Positions 47,377-58,238 of a stretch of DNA of 64,000 bases are shown here, one piece after another. Below the pieces are notes generated by a model that saw nothing but the letters and a program-made list of their open reading frames with translations, was not told the DNA's origin and made no database searches. The first letter of the stretch is position 1. The number at the start of each line of letters is the position of its first letter. Origin of the DNA: an uncultured Alphaproteobacteria bacterium (lineage in GTDB: Bacteria; Pseudomonadota; Alphaproteobacteria; Rhizobiales; Rhodomicrobiaceae); NCBI GenBank assembly GCA_963785355.1, contig CAWAVJ010000082.1:166-64165 (forward strand). The letters are read 5' to 3'. A program made the position numbers and the translations under genes.

Positions 47377-50137
47377 TTTCGTAGCCAAGATCGAGGGCGT
47401 TTCCCATCGTTATGGGAAAACGCTTGCGCTGGACAATATTGCCCTGGATATCCCGGCCGGCCGGATGATCGGAATGATCGGGCCGGACGCGGCCGGCAAG
47501 TCGACGTTGCTCGGCCTCATCGCAGGGGTGCGGATCATCCGGCAAGGCCAGGTCATCGTCCTTGGGGGCAATATGGCCAACCAGGCATTCCGCAATTCGC
47601 AAATTGGCCGGATTGCCTACATGCCTCAAGGGCTTGGTAAAAATCTTTATCCAACGCTCAGCGTCTTTGAAAATATCGACTTCCATGGGCGGCTGTTCGG
47701 CCTGTCTCACGCTGAGCGCCAGCGCCACATGGACGAACTGCTCAAGGCCACAAGCCTCGATCCCTTCTTGAACCGCCCGGCAGGAAAGCTTTCCGGCGGC
47801 ATGAAGCAGAAGCTCAGCCTGTGCTGCGCTTTGATCCACGACCCCGACCTTCTCATCCTTGACGAGCCCACCACGGGCGTCGATCCGCTTTCCCGTAGGC
47901 AATTCTGGGAGCTGATCGGAAATATACGTGCGCGCCGTCCCGGCATGAGCGTGATCGTCGCGACTGCGTACATGGACGAGGCGCAGCAGTTCGGCTGGCT
48001 CTGCGCCATGTATGGCGGGAAGGTCATCGCGGCCGGGAAAACATCGGAAATCCTGCAAAAGACCGGAGAGAAGAACCTTGAGGCAGCCTTTATCGCACTG
48101 CTGCCGGAAGAGAAGCGTGCGGAACACAGACCAGTCGAAGTGCGACCGCGGACCTTCGACGACTCCGGACCGCCTGTCATCGAAGCCGACGGCCTTACTC
48201 AACGGTTCGGCAATTTCACAGCGGTCGACCATGTGAGCTTCCGCATCCGGCGCGGCGAAATCTTCGGCTTCCTAGGCTCAAACGGCTGCGGCAAGTCGAC
48301 GACAATGAAAATGCTGACAGGACTTCTGCCTCCGACAGAGGGGACATCGAAGCTATTCGGCAAGCCCATGGAAGCGAACGACATGCAGGCGCGCATGAAA
48401 GTCGGCTACATGACGCAGGCGTTCTCGCTTTATGAGGAACTGACTGTCCGGCAGAATCTCGAGCTTCACGCGCATCTCTATCACCTGCCCCCGAATAAGA
48501 AAGAAGGCCGGACCAAGGAACTGCTTGAGCAATATCACTTGGAGGATGCGGCCGATGAGCGTCCGCAGAGTTTGCCGCTAGGCGTAAAACAGCGGCTCCA
48601 GCTTGCGGTGGCTGTTTTGCATAACCCGTCTATGCTCATTCTCGATGAGCCGACCTCAGGGGTGGATCCGGTCGAACGGGATGAATTTTGGCGCACGCTC
48701 ATCCATCTATCGCGCGACGAAGGCGTGACGATATTCATCTCGACCCATTTCATGAATGAGGCCGCGCGCTGCGACCGGATTTCCCTGATGAATGCCGGCA
48801 AAGTATTGGCAGCCGGGCCCCCGGCCGAGCTGGTGCGCCAGCGCGGCTGTGCTTCTCTGGAAGACACCTTCATTTCCTATCTGGCCGAAGCGGGCGGGAT
48901 CAAGCTAAGCGATAAGCCTCCTGTACCTGTGCAAGAAGCCACCATCCAACTGGCGGCGAAGCCACAGGTGGGCACGCGGCGCTTCGATTTGGGGCGCCTA
49001 TGGGCTTATGCGCGGCGGGAGACGATGGAGCTGCTTCGCGATCCGATTCGCATGACCTTTGCCGCCATTGCGCCTTTGATTGTCATGATCGCTTGCGGCT
49101 ATGGCATCTCGCTTGACGTTGAACATGTGCGTTTTGGCATTTTCGACCAAGATCAAACGCCGGAGAGCCGGGATGTGGTTGACGCGTTTTCATCGGTTCC
49201 GCGATGGTTCAAAACAATACCGCCGCCAATCAGCTCCAGCGAGGAGCTCGAGCGCAGGTTCCGCAGCGCAGATCTCGAGATGGCCGTAGAGATCCCGCCC
49301 AAGTACGGCCGCGACCTTGCGGCCGGCCGTTCGCCAGAGATCGCGGTGTGGATCGACGGCAGCATGCCTTTCCATGGCGAAACTATAAGGCGCTATGTCA
49401 TGACTCTTGCCGCCACAGCTCTCGCCTCGCCGGAGGCAGCGGAGAAAAATCTGGCTCCGCAGCAGGCCGCGCAAATGGGCGGCGTTGCAAACCCTGTCAA
49501 TTTCGAGACCCGCCTACGCTACAATCAGTCGTTTGAGAGCATCGTTGCTGAAGTACCAAATGTCATCATGCTCGTGCTGATATTGATTCCGGCGGTCCTG
49601 GCGACCATCGGTGTGGTCCGCGAAAAGGAGACCGGCTCGATCGCCAATTTCTATTCGACGCCGATCACAAAGTTCGAGTTCCTGTTTGGCAAGCAGCTGC
49701 CCTACATTGCCGTGTCGATGCTGAGTTTCGTACTATTGCTTTTGCTGTGTGTGTTCCTGTTCCATGTGCCGGTCAAGGGATCCTTGGCCACGCTGACCCT
49801 CGGCACCCTGCTTTATGTGGGAGCAGCGACAGGCTTTGGGCAACTTGTTTCGACCTTCACGAAGACGCAAGTCGCTGCCGTCTTTGCCACCACCGTGATC
49901 TCCATCATTCCGGCCGCGAACTTCTCGGGGGTCTTGGTGCCCGTATCCTCGCTTACGGGCCCCGCGCGCTTGGCGGGCTTAGCCTTTCCATCGGCCTGGT
50001 ATGAGCTTGTTAGCGTTGGCACCTTTACGAAGGGGCTGGGCTTCCAGGACCTTTGGCTCGATCTCCTTATGCTCGCTGTCTTTTTTGTAGGGTTCGGAGT
50101 CGCGGCAGTCCTGATCCTGCGGAAGCAGGAGGCCTGA
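47366..50137 (+). CDS. rbbA: RbbA/YhiH dual-ATPase ABC transporter with permease domain
   Basis: two ABC domains (LSGGMKQK, GSNGCGKST, DEPTSGVDP) plus ABC-2 membrane domain; C-terminal RKQEA. Confidence 0.9.
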   Translation: MADDFVAKIEGVSHRYGKTLALDNIALDIPAGRMIGMIGPDAAGKSTLLGLIAGVRIIRQGQVIVLGGNMANQAFRNSQIGRIAYMPQGLGKNLYPTLSVFENIDFHGRLFGLSHAERQRHMDELLKATSLDPFLNRPAGKLSGGMKQKLSLCCALIHDPDLLILDEPTTGVDPLSRRQFWELIGNIRARRPGMSVIVATAYMDEAQQFGWLCAMYGGKVIAAGKTSEILQKTGEKNLEAAFIALLPEEKRAEHRPVEVRPRTFDDSGPPVIEADGLTQRFGNFTAVDHVSFRIRRGEIFGFLGSNGCGKSTTMKMLTGLLPPTEGTSKLFGKPMEANDMQARMKVGYMTQAFSLYEELTVRQNLELHAHLYHLPPNKKEGRTKELLEQYHLEDAADERPQSLPLGVKQRLQLAVAVLHNPSMLILDEPTSGVDPVERDEFWRTLIHLSRDEGVTIFISTHFMNEAARCDRISLMNAGKVLAAGPPAELVRQRGCASLEDTFISYLAEAGGIKLSDKPPVPVQEATIQLAAKPQVGTRRFDLGRLWAYARRETMELLRDPIRMTFAAIAPLIVMIACGYGISLDVEHVRFGIFDQDQTPESRDVVDAFSSVPRWFKTIPPPISSSEELERRFRSADLEMAVEIPPKYGRDLAAGRSPEIAVWIDGSMPFHGETIRRYVMTLAATALASPEAAEKNLAPQQAAQMGGVANPVNFETRLRYNQSFESIVAEVPNVIMLVLILIPAVLATIGVVREKETGSIANFYSTPITKFEFLFGKQLPYIAVSMLSFVLLLLLCVFLFHVPVKGSLATLTLGTLLYVGAATGFGQLVSTFTKTQVAAVFATTVISIIPAANFSGVLVPVSSLTGPARLAGLAFPSAWYELVSVGTFTKGLGFQDLWLDLLMLAVFFVGFGVAAVLILRKQEA

Positions 50138-50138
50138 A

Positions 50139-51326
50139 TTGCTCGAAAAATCCTCCAGCCCGAAGGCAGCGCAAAGGCAGGCCCTCAAACAGGGGCTGCT
50201 CACTCATCTTGAGAATGTCTTCTATTTGACGGTTAAAGAGCTTAGAAGTATCCGCGCCGACTACCTGTTGCTGATTCTAGTGGCCTATACTTACACGATT
50301 GCCGTCTATACCATCGCAACCGGCGTCTCGACGAACCCACAAGATTTGACAGTTGGCGTTGTTGATGAGGATCGTTCCAATCTGTCCCGCCAATTTTTGG
50401 ACGTATTGGACCGGCCGCCTCTGTTCAAGCGCTCCGTTCTCATCAATGCGAATGAGATCGACCCCATCATGAATGCTGGTAAAATGATCTTCGTCCTCGA
50501 AATACCGCCCCGTTTCCAAGAGGACCTGCTGGCCGGAAGGAAGGTTTCCCTACAACTGAACGTTGACGCGACCGCGATGGCGCCGGCCGGGAACGGCGCC
50601 ATCTATATCCAAACCATTATCATGCAGGAAATCGCTAATTTCTTGACGGGCCGCGAAATGCCGCAGCCTTCCCCGGTCAATCTCGTGATTCGCGCCAAGT
50701 TCAACCCAGATTTTTATTCGTCCTGGTTCAGCTCGGTCATGCAGGTCGTCAATAACATCACGATGCTGGCGGTGATCCTGACCGGCGCCGCGCTCATCCG
50801 GGAGCGTGAGCATGGCACGGTCGAGCATCTCCTCGTGATGCCGGTCGTGCCGCCAGAGATCATGTGGTCGAAGATCGTTGCCAACGGTCTCGTCATTCTT
50901 ATTGCCTCTGAATTATCGCTCTTATTTGTCGTCCAATGGTTCCTTGCGGTTCCTATTGCCGGCTCAATTACCCTCTTTTTCTTTGGAGCCACGCTCTACA
51001 CCGTCACAATTGCGACGCTTGGCATCCTGCTGGGTACGATCACGAGCACCATGGGACAGTTTGCGTTGCTCTCGGCTCCCACCCTCCTCGTCATACAGAT
51101 GCTATCCGGTACCGTCACGCCAATGGAAAGCGAACCTGTCTGGGTGCAGTATCTGATGCGGATTATCTTCCCGACGCCGCATTTCGTTGACTTCTCGCAG
51201 GCCGTCCTTTATCGCGGCGCGGATTTTTCGATCGTCTGGCCCGAGCTTGTTGCCATGGCCGCGATCGGTACCGTTTACTTCGCATTTTCGCTTCGCCGAT
51301 TCCGGGTTGCCATTTTTGGAGGATGA
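50139..51326 (+). CDS. yhhJ: YhhJ-like ABC-2 permease
   Basis: GAALIREREHGTVEHLLVMP, LSG..TP.ES motifs. Confidence 0.85.
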   Translation: MLEKSSSPKAAQRQALKQGLLTHLENVFYLTVKELRSIRADYLLLILVAYTYTIAVYTIATGVSTNPQDLTVGVVDEDRSNLSRQFLDVLDRPPLFKRSVLINANEIDPIMNAGKMIFVLEIPPRFQEDLLAGRKVSLQLNVDATAMAPAGNGAIYIQTIIMQEIANFLTGREMPQPSPVNLVIRAKFNPDFYSSWFSSVMQVVNNITMLAVILTGAALIREREHGTVEHLLVMPVVPPEIMWSKIVANGLVILIASELSLLFVVQWFLAVPIAGSITLFFFGATLYTVTIATLGILLGTITSTMGQFALLSAPTLLVIQMLSGTVTPMESEPVWVQYLMRIIFPTPHFVDFSQAVLYRGADFSIVWPELVAMAAIGTVYFAFSLRRFRVAIFGG

Positions 51327-51398
51327 ACGCGTCAGCCGGATAAATGGCATCAGTTATCGCAAAAGCTCAGAATCTAGTCGCAAACAGAGAGACAGGAA

Positions 51399-52314
51399 AT
51401 GAGCAATCATGACGAAAATGTAGCAATTGCTAGGATCGGCATTATCGGTGCCGGCCAGATGGGAGGAGGTATCGCTCAAGTCTGCGCGCTCGCAGGCTAC
51501 GAGGTTTATCTTCAAGACGTTACCATGGAAAGGGTGCAACATGCCCTGGAGGGAATCACGGCGCGTCTTAACCGGCTCGTCGAGAAGCAGAAACTTTCTC
51601 CTGCAGCCAGCACCGAAGCAATCCAGAGAATTAGAACAGGCACCGGGCTGCAGCTCTTTAGTGGCTGCGACCTCGTGATCGAGTCTGCCGTCGAGAACGA
51701 GCCGGTCAAGCGCGAGATTTTCAAGAAGCTCTGCCCGGTCTTGCAGGAAAAATCGCTCATATGCACGAATACTTCCTCAATCTCCGTAACGGCGCTGGCC
51801 GCCAGCACCGACCGGCCAGAGCGCTTCATGGGCATGCATTTTATGAACCCCGTCCCAGTGATGAGGCTTGTGGAGCTTATCCGGGCGCTCACCACCAGCG
51901 ATGCCACCTACTCGGCAATAAAGAATGTTGCCGCGAAGCTCGGGAAGACAGCAGTGACCTCCCAAGACTATCCGGCTTTCATTGTGAACCGCGTTCTACT
52001 GCCGATGATCAACGAGGCAATTTTTGCCTTGCATGAAGGCACGGGTGATATCGCCTCCATTGACACTGCGATGAAACTCGGCGCCAACATGCCCATGGGG
52101 CCCTTGGAACTCGCAGATTTCATCGGCCTCGACGTATGTTTGAGTATCATGCGCGTGCTCTACGAAGGCACCGCCGACTTCGAAATATCGTCCGTGCCCC
52201 TTGCTCGTTAAGTACGTCGAGGCAGGCTGGCTTGGCCGCAAGTCCGGCTGCGGGTTTTACAATTACAAGGAGCAACCACCTACGCCGAATTATCGTGTGT
52301 TGAGAATTGCCTAA
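51399..52314 (+). CDS. hbd: 3-hydroxybutyryl-CoA dehydrogenase (frameshift near 52180)
   Basis: [37 protein letters not shown]; alternate frame gives [25 protein letters not shown]. Confidence 0.9.
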
Positions 52315-52904
52315 ACATGCGTAGCGTTGACGGCGCGAGAGGCCTCTAACACGTTAGTTCTGGGCTCATCCCGCTCGGGGAGTTCGGAATTCCGCTTGTG
52401 GCTGCCGGAGACATCACCGTGGAGGTGGCAAACGGCAGCTTATGTGTAGGTTTTCGGATGCCTGCATGACTGAGCCACCCGCGTGCACTGACGGCAGGCG
52501 TCCGAAAAGCGCCAAGGCACGAAATCGCGGGGTGCAGAGCGCTGCGGGTGCCGCAACCTATCCGCGGGCTATGGGGATTTGAAGAGCGCGCCGGTCGCGG
52601 CACATGCCGGCGCCGAACCTGCGCGCAGCCATCCGGCGGCCATCCGAAACCCATCACGGGAGCGGACCGTTGGGCTAATGGCCGGTACGTCTCTTGCTGG
52701 AAGAGGACCGGCGGTCTGGAACGGTTCCTCAACTATAATGTATGTCGCCGTCTCCCTTGACAACGAGCTATTATCGACGTTCAGCTGGGGGCTTGAGCCG
52801 TCCAAAGAGGTCATCTTGGACGTTGCCCGCAAGGCACATCTTTACTAACCTAGATATGTTAGTGATGCCAACCAAGGCGTAGCTCCCATTCAAATGGTAT
52901 AGCG

Positions 52905-53924
52905 ATGAAAGCGGTTGGCAAGAACAGTGGTGATCTGATTACTTCAGTAGAGTATCTCAGAGGGCTAGCCGCGCTTTCTGTTACGTGGTTCCATTTAACA
53001 AACACCTATTCCATGAATTGGGTAAGGCAATCCGGTTCGCTTGGCTGGCTTGGAGTAGAGGCTTTTTTTGTGATTTCTGGGTTTATCATTCCTTATTCCC
53101 TTCATCGCTCTGGTTACACACTAAGGGATTTTCCAAATTTCATGCTAAGACGGATTGTCCGATTAGAACCGCCCTATATTATAAGTATAGCGCTTGTGTT
53201 GGTGCTTTGGGAATTATCCGCTAGGGCACCAGGATTTGCCGGTGAACCGCCATCGTACGGTTTGCCACAAATTGCAGCTCACCTATTCTATTTAATTCCA
53301 TTTACTAGTTACAGCTGGCTAAACGTGGTGTATTGGACACTTGCTTACGAGTTTGCCTTTTATCTCTCCGCAGGAGTTTCGTGGCCGATTTTAGCCAAGC
53401 GAAGCATATGGCTGACAGTTGCCATATTTTTGCTCGTATTTTTTATTTCGAAATTGCCTCTCGTATTTTTGTTCCTGATAGGAATATCAGGTGTTCGTTA
53501 TTTTTTGCATATTGACAAATTGACTTCAACAGTTGCTGCCATACTGTTGTCAACGATCATGCTTTATTATTATAGCGGACTGCCTGTTGCAGTAGTTGGG
53601 GTCGCAGCGATCGCAATCATCGTTTTCTCAGCCATACCGAGGTTGTATTTTCTAAGTTTTTTAGGAGAGATTTCCTACTCACTGTATCTAATTCACGTCC
53701 CACTTGGGGGGCGGGTGGTGAATTTGGGAAAACGATTTGTGGACACCGCTCCTTATGAGTTCCTACTTTCAATAACGGCACTGGCAACCTGCATTGGCTT
53801 TAGCTTCCTATATATGCGGTTTATAGAAGCCCCAGCAAAGCGTGCCGCAAGGCGCATCAGAATTGGACAAACGTCAAGTAATCGGGTCCCAATTGCTGGT
53901 GATCCAACGTCGCTGATCCCCTAG
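52905..53924 (+). CDS. acyltransferase family 3 (OafA-like O-acyltransferase)
   Basis: LRGLAAL.V..FH, GV..FFVISGF, RR..R..P, WTL.YE..FY, LG.ISYSLYL.H; low GC. Confidence 0.88.
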   Translation: MKAVGKNSGDLITSVEYLRGLAALSVTWFHLTNTYSMNWVRQSGSLGWLGVEAFFVISGFIIPYSLHRSGYTLRDFPNFMLRRIVRLEPPYIISIALVLVLWELSARAPGFAGEPPSYGLPQIAAHLFYLIPFTSYSWLNVVYWTLAYEFAFYLSAGVSWPILAKRSIWLTVAIFLLVFFISKLPLVFLFLIGISGVRYFLHIDKLTSTVAAILLSTIMLYYYSGLPVAVVGVAAIAIIVFSAIPRLYFLSFLGEISYSLYLIHVPLGGRVVNLGKRFVDTAPYEFLLSITALATCIGFSFLYMRFIEAPAKRAARRIRIGQTSSNRVPIAGDPTSLIP

Positions 53925-54101
53925 CCCGCTCGGTGAACGAACAAAATCGAGCTTACAACACTGCAGCTTCTTAACGTCTTATTAGCGTCACCGTCGGGCC
54001 AATTCTTAACCAATGAGTCCGGTTTCGAGGATGCAGCTGTCCACATGTGCTCAACATGAGCATTTCCGACCCTTTTCAGCCTCTCGCGGCACGGTACGGG
54101 T

Positions 54102-54581
54102 TTACCACCGCGAGCGCAGGACGTCGTTGTACTCGACTTCCAATTCGAAGATGGCGGCGTCAAAGTCTGTGACAGCCTTTTCGGAGCGGCCTGCCTCCTC
54201 AAGTGCGGCAGCAAGATCGGCGTCGAGCTTGGCGGCAGCGGTCTTGAAAGCATCCAGCCGCATTTGGGCGGCAACTAGCGGCCGGTCATCCAGGACGCCG
54301 CTTTCGCTTTCCATAGGCGGAATGTCACCGCCGCTTTCAATGCTCGCAAGAATTGCAAAGCTATAGTCTTTGACGCAGCGTTCCCGAAATTCATACTGCG
54401 AAGCTTGGAGCGCGGCAAGCTCGGCCTCAGCCTGTTTCAGAAGCGCCCTTCCGCGTTCGGTCTTTGCCTCGGTTTCGGCAAGCTTGACGTCTGCGGCGGC
54501 GTTTCTGATCCTTAAGGCATCGCGCAACTCGTTGCGGAGAACGGCTTTGCCGCCTTCTAATTCCTGGTGAAGTTCGGACAT
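54102..54581 (-). CDS. hypothetical coiled-coil protein
   Basis: strong RBS (AAGGAAA) before ATG 54581; alanine/charge-rich helical sequence. Confidence 0.55.
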   Translation of the reverse strand: MSELHQELEGGKAVLRNELRDALRIRNAAADVKLAETEAKTERGRALLKQAEAELAALQASQYEFRERCVKDYSFAILASIESGGDIPPMESESGVLDDRPLVAAQMRLDAFKTAAAKLDADLAAALEEAGRSEKAVTDFDAAIFELEVEYNDVLRSRW

Positions 54582-54764
54582 ATATATTTCCTTTCTCTTG
54601 CGCATTCCGATCTCGAAACCTTCGCGGGCCGGGATGGGGTGTTCGCGCAAAGTGCGGCAATATGTCGCTAATTAAGAATAATGTGCCTCTTGACATGGCT
54701 TTTCAAGGAATCCCGGCGTATCTCGCGGAGTCTTGAGCAAAGGGGTCCAAGCCGTTGCGGGAGA

Positions 54765-54877
54765 AGTACAGCAGGAGGCAAGTTCGCGCCCCGTTTGCCG
54801 CACGCTCTAAGTTTGATTGCGCTACCGCCCTCCGGGCTACTTGAGCGCAAGCGAACTTGCCTCCGGTAAGCTGTACT
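54765..54877 (-). ncRNA. putative structured RNA/ssDNA hairpin containing copy C of the ~40-bp element
   Basis: 8-bp and 14-bp perfect stems enclosing ttgcgct-caagta-gccc-gga-gggc-ggt-agcgcaa. Confidence 0.4.
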
Positions 54878-55488
54878 AGAATCGGGGAGCGGGGAGGGGC
54901 GGGATAGCAATTCCGTAGCGCCGTACCATGGTTAATTTTTTCATGGTGAATCGGCACCCGCCATCTTTTTCGCCGCCGTCTTCCTGCGAATCTTTTGCCA
55001 CTTTAGGTCGAATTCTGCGATTCCAAAATACCCGTTAATATTAGATTATTGCGCGTGTTAACCACAAATCCCAATCTGCGGTTGTGGAATTAGTTAACGG
55101 CAAGCAAAAGTTATTGGTGTATTATCAAAGGGTTATAAGTCCGTACACAGCCTATGCCGTCCTGGAACGGCTTTTACTTGCCAGCGCCCCGGAGGAGGAA
55201 GAAAGCCAAGCCGGCGGCGATGTAGTGGCAGAAGATATAGGTTTGTGGGCGGTTAAAAATTGCGGCCGCCACGGTATACAAGGAAGACTATTTGCAAGGA
55301 AATGCCTGCGCCCTGGGCCGTGAAAGCAAGCGCGAGCCGGGCAGGGCAAATAGACGGCCGCCCCTTGTAAGATGTTTCATTGGTTTCTATGCTTCGTTTC
55401 TTCCTTCAGTCGCTTGCCGCGTTTCCGCAGCGTCATTCCGCGCAGGAGCGTGCGGAAAAATGGAAATTACGGACGCCGGGTGCAGACT

Positions 55489-55582
55489 CCGCAGCGTCAT
55501 TCCCGCGAAGGCGGGAATCCATTTCAGGCGCTGGAACAAGACCTTAGCGTGGGTCCCCGCCTGCGCGAGGACGACGCTGCGG
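55489..55582. repeat. CGTC-type REP-like element (ATTCCC-N8-GGGAAT core)
   Basis: ccgcagcgtcattcccgcgaaggcgggaatcca...tgggtccccgcctgcgcgaggacgacgctgcgg. Confidence 0.7.
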
Positions 55583-55927
55583 TCCTGCGATCCGTGGTGG
55601 TGCAAAACCCCATCCGTCTGGGAAAACGATTGCCCTACGGGGCGTTAGCGCATCGGTAAGGAGCTATGGTCCACCATTGCGTCATAAGAAGGCGCGAGCG
55701 CGGTCAGGAGGCTCTGCCATGGCGCTATATGCAGGATTGAGAGCGGGGCAGGGGCGGCTGCCCGGCGGCAGGCAGCGGGGCTGGGCGGCGCGGGCCGGTG
55801 CGGTTCACGGTGAGCGTCGCTTGCGCCAAAAGGTAAACGCGTGGCGCCGTCCTCAGCTGCCGGAAATCGCAAGATTGGCAGGCCATTCCCATCGAACATG
55901 GCTAACAAACCGCTAAATTTTGGCCGC

Positions 55928-56650
55928 TCAGATCGATGTTGTGAGCTTGGTGAGCCAATCGGGCGAGGCGTTGAGCAGCCATGTCTCGGCCTGCTTGTCG
56001 TAGCCGGTAAGGATGGCGGCGCCGAGGACTACGAGGATCGCGCCCAGGCCCAAACGCGCGGTATGGCCCGCACTCAACAGCTTCCCCCGCAGCTTGCCCG
56101 CCGCCTCGCGCGACAGCATGCCAAGCGCCAGCAGCGGCAGCGCCGCGCCGATGCCGAAAAGGAGCATGACCAGCGCCACTTCGCCGAGGTCCTTGCCCTG
56201 GGCGGCGAGCAGAGATGCAGCGCCGAGTGCCGGCCCCGCGCAAGGGCTCCAAACGGCGCCGAGAAGCAGGCCAACGGCGAACTGGCCGGAGATGCCCGCA
56301 CTTGCGAACCCGCCGAACCGGCTTTCCGCCCAGCCGGCGAAAGGGCTCGCCGCGGTGGAGAATTTTTCCTGCAGGCGGGGCACCGCCAGCACAATGCCGA
56401 TGACGATGAGAAGAATGGCCCCAACCGCTCTGAAGACATCGTTGTCGAGGCCGATGGCGAACCCCGCTGTGGCGACGAACAGCGCTATCGCGGTGAAAGA
56501 AATCGCCAGCCCCCCCGCCAGCGCCGCCGGCGCCAGCCGGTGCTCGGATGCCGCGGACGCAAGCACGATGGGCAACAGCGGCAGCACGCAGGGCGAGAGC
56601 GTCGATAGCGCCCCTGCCACGAACGAAAGGCCCAGGCTTGCCGCGCTCAT
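55928..56650 (-). CDS. ccdA: CcdA/DsbD-family cytochrome c biogenesis / disulfide membrane protein
   Basis: LSPCVLP and WSPCAGP motifs; six predicted TM segments. Confidence 0.88.
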   Translation of the reverse strand: MSAASLGLSFVAGALSTLSPCVLPLLPIVLASAASEHRLAPAALAGGLAISFTAIALFVATAGFAIGLDNDVFRAVGAILLIVIGIVLAVPRLQEKFSTAASPFAGWAESRFGGFASAGISGQFAVGLLLGAVWSPCAGPALGAASLLAAQGKDLGEVALVMLLFGIGAALPLLALGMLSREAAGKLRGKLLSAGHTARLGLGAILVVLGAAILTGYDKQAETWLLNASPDWLTKLTTSI

Positions 56651-56654
56651 CGGA

Positions 56655-57041
56655 TCAAAGCCCCTTGGCGAGCAGCGCTTCGATCGACGCCTTATCGGTG
56701 TCGCCAACCGAACGGCCAACCTCGGTGGCGCCCCTGAACACGATCAATGTGCTCTGCCTCTGTACGCCGAACATCCGCAGGACGTCCTTCCGGCTATCGA
56801 AATCGACCGAAAAAACTTGCAGGCCTTTGAACTTTGGCTCGGAAGCCAGCTCCTGCAAGACCGGAGCTTGCGCCCGGCAAGTTGGGCACCAGGGCGCCGT
56901 GACGTCGATCAGGATCGGCTTGCCGGCCTTCTCGGCGGCCTCGAACGCCGCCTGCGTGAAGCTCACTGTCCCCGCCGCCGCGAGGCCCGCACCGAGGCAC
57001 AGGAAGGCAAATGCGAATAGAGTACGGCTTACGATTGTCAT
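56655..57041 (-). CDS. periplasmic thioredoxin-family protein
   Basis: signal peptide, APWCPTC active site, QSTLI. Confidence 0.88.
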   Translation of the reverse strand: MTIVSRTLFAFAFLCLGAGLAAAGTVSFTQAAFEAAEKAGKPILIDVTAPWCPTCRAQAPVLQELASEPKFKGLQVFSVDFDSRKDVLRMFGVQRQSTLIVFRGATEVGRSVGDTDKASIEALLAKGL

Positions 57042-57111
57042 AGAGCTTTCTCCTCCAAAGCGGCGATTTCCAGCACCTCGCGGCCTGCGCCCGCCGGCGC
57101 CCATGCCAGAC

Positions 57112-57137
57112 TACGCTGCGAGACTCAACTTCGTTAC
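57112..57137 (-). promoter_or_regulatory. putative ECF-sigma promoter (ECF16/EcfF-like)
   Basis: minus strand GTAAC-N17-CGTA upstream of thioredoxin-ccdA. Confidence 0.45.
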
Positions 57138-57183
57138 GTAACTAAACCGGCGGGTTGAGGTTTGGCTGATGGCACGCTGAGCG

Positions 57184-57960
57184 TCAGTCCAGCCGCACGG
57201 GCAGCCCTGCTGCGGCCATATGGCGCTTGGCCTCGCCGATAGTGTGGTCGCCGAAGTGGAAGATCGACGCGGCGAGCACGGCAGTGGCGCCGCCATCCCG
57301 GATGCCTTCGACGAGGTGATCGAGCGTACCCACGCCGCCCGACGCGATGACCGGCACGGAGACGGCATCCGAGATGGCACGCGTGAGCGGTATGTCGAAG
57401 CCGGCGCGGGTGCCGTCGCGGTCCATCGAGGTCAGCAGGATTTCGCCCGCCCCGAGGCTCACCACCTCGCGGGCGTAAGCGACGGCGTCGATCCCGGTAC
57501 GGTTGCGGCCGCCATGCGTGAAGATTTCCCAGCGGGGCGCGGCATCCCCCTCCTCGCTCACGCGCTTGGCGTCGATGGCGACGACGATGCACTGATTGCC
57601 GAATTTCTCCGCCGCGCGGGCCACGAAGGAGCGATCCGCGACCGCGGCGGTGTTGATCGAGACCTTGTCGGCGCCGGCGCGCAAGAGCACGCGCACGTCA
57701 TCGAGCGTGCGCACGCCGCCGCCCACGGTGAGCGGCATGAAGCAGCGCTCCGCCGTTTGCCGCACCACGTCGAGGATGATGCCGCGCTTCTCGTGGCTGG
57801 CGCCGATGTCGAGGAAGCAAAGCTCGTCGGCGCCCGCCTCGTCGTAAGCCGTGGCAGCCTCCACCGGATCGCCCGCATCGCGCAAATCGACGAAGTTGAT
57901 GCCCTTGACCACGCGGCCATCTTTTACGTCGAGGCAGGGGATGATGCGCACTTTGAGCAT
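57184..57960 (-). CDS. hisF: imidazole glycerol phosphate synthase subunit HisF
   Basis: [40 protein letters not shown]. Confidence 0.97.
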   Translation of the reverse strand: MLKVRIIPCLDVKDGRVVKGINFVDLRDAGDPVEAATAYDEAGADELCFLDIGASHEKRGIILDVVRQTAERCFMPLTVGGGVRTLDDVRVLLRAGADKVSINTAAVADRSFVARAAEKFGNQCIVVAIDAKRVSEEGDAAPRWEIFTHGGRNRTGIDAVAYAREVVSLGAGEILLTSMDRDGTRAGFDIPLTRAISDAVSVPVIASGGVGTLDHLVEGIRDGGATAVLAASIFHFGDHTIGEAKRHMAAAGLPVRLD

Positions 57961-58161
57961 GAAGCGTTCCAGTTTGTCTTTGTTTTCAATGCAGCGAGCG
58001 CCGCAGGCTTAGCGTTTCGGGAAGGCGCGGCACGCGCTCCTATTCTTCTCAATTATGCGGGCGGCGATCAAGCGTGCCCGAAAAATTTCGTGCTTCCGCG
58101 CTCGACACGGCGCGCCAAAACCCTTATAAGTCCGGCTTCAAACGGCGGCGCCGCCCTCAAA

Positions 58162-58238
<77 letters not shown>

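Noticed and set aside
55133-55143. ttataagtccg shared with 58124-58134 as a possible att repeat
   Set aside because: Only 11 bp; the second copy is the likely -10 region of the tRNA promoter and the genes between are core (hisF).
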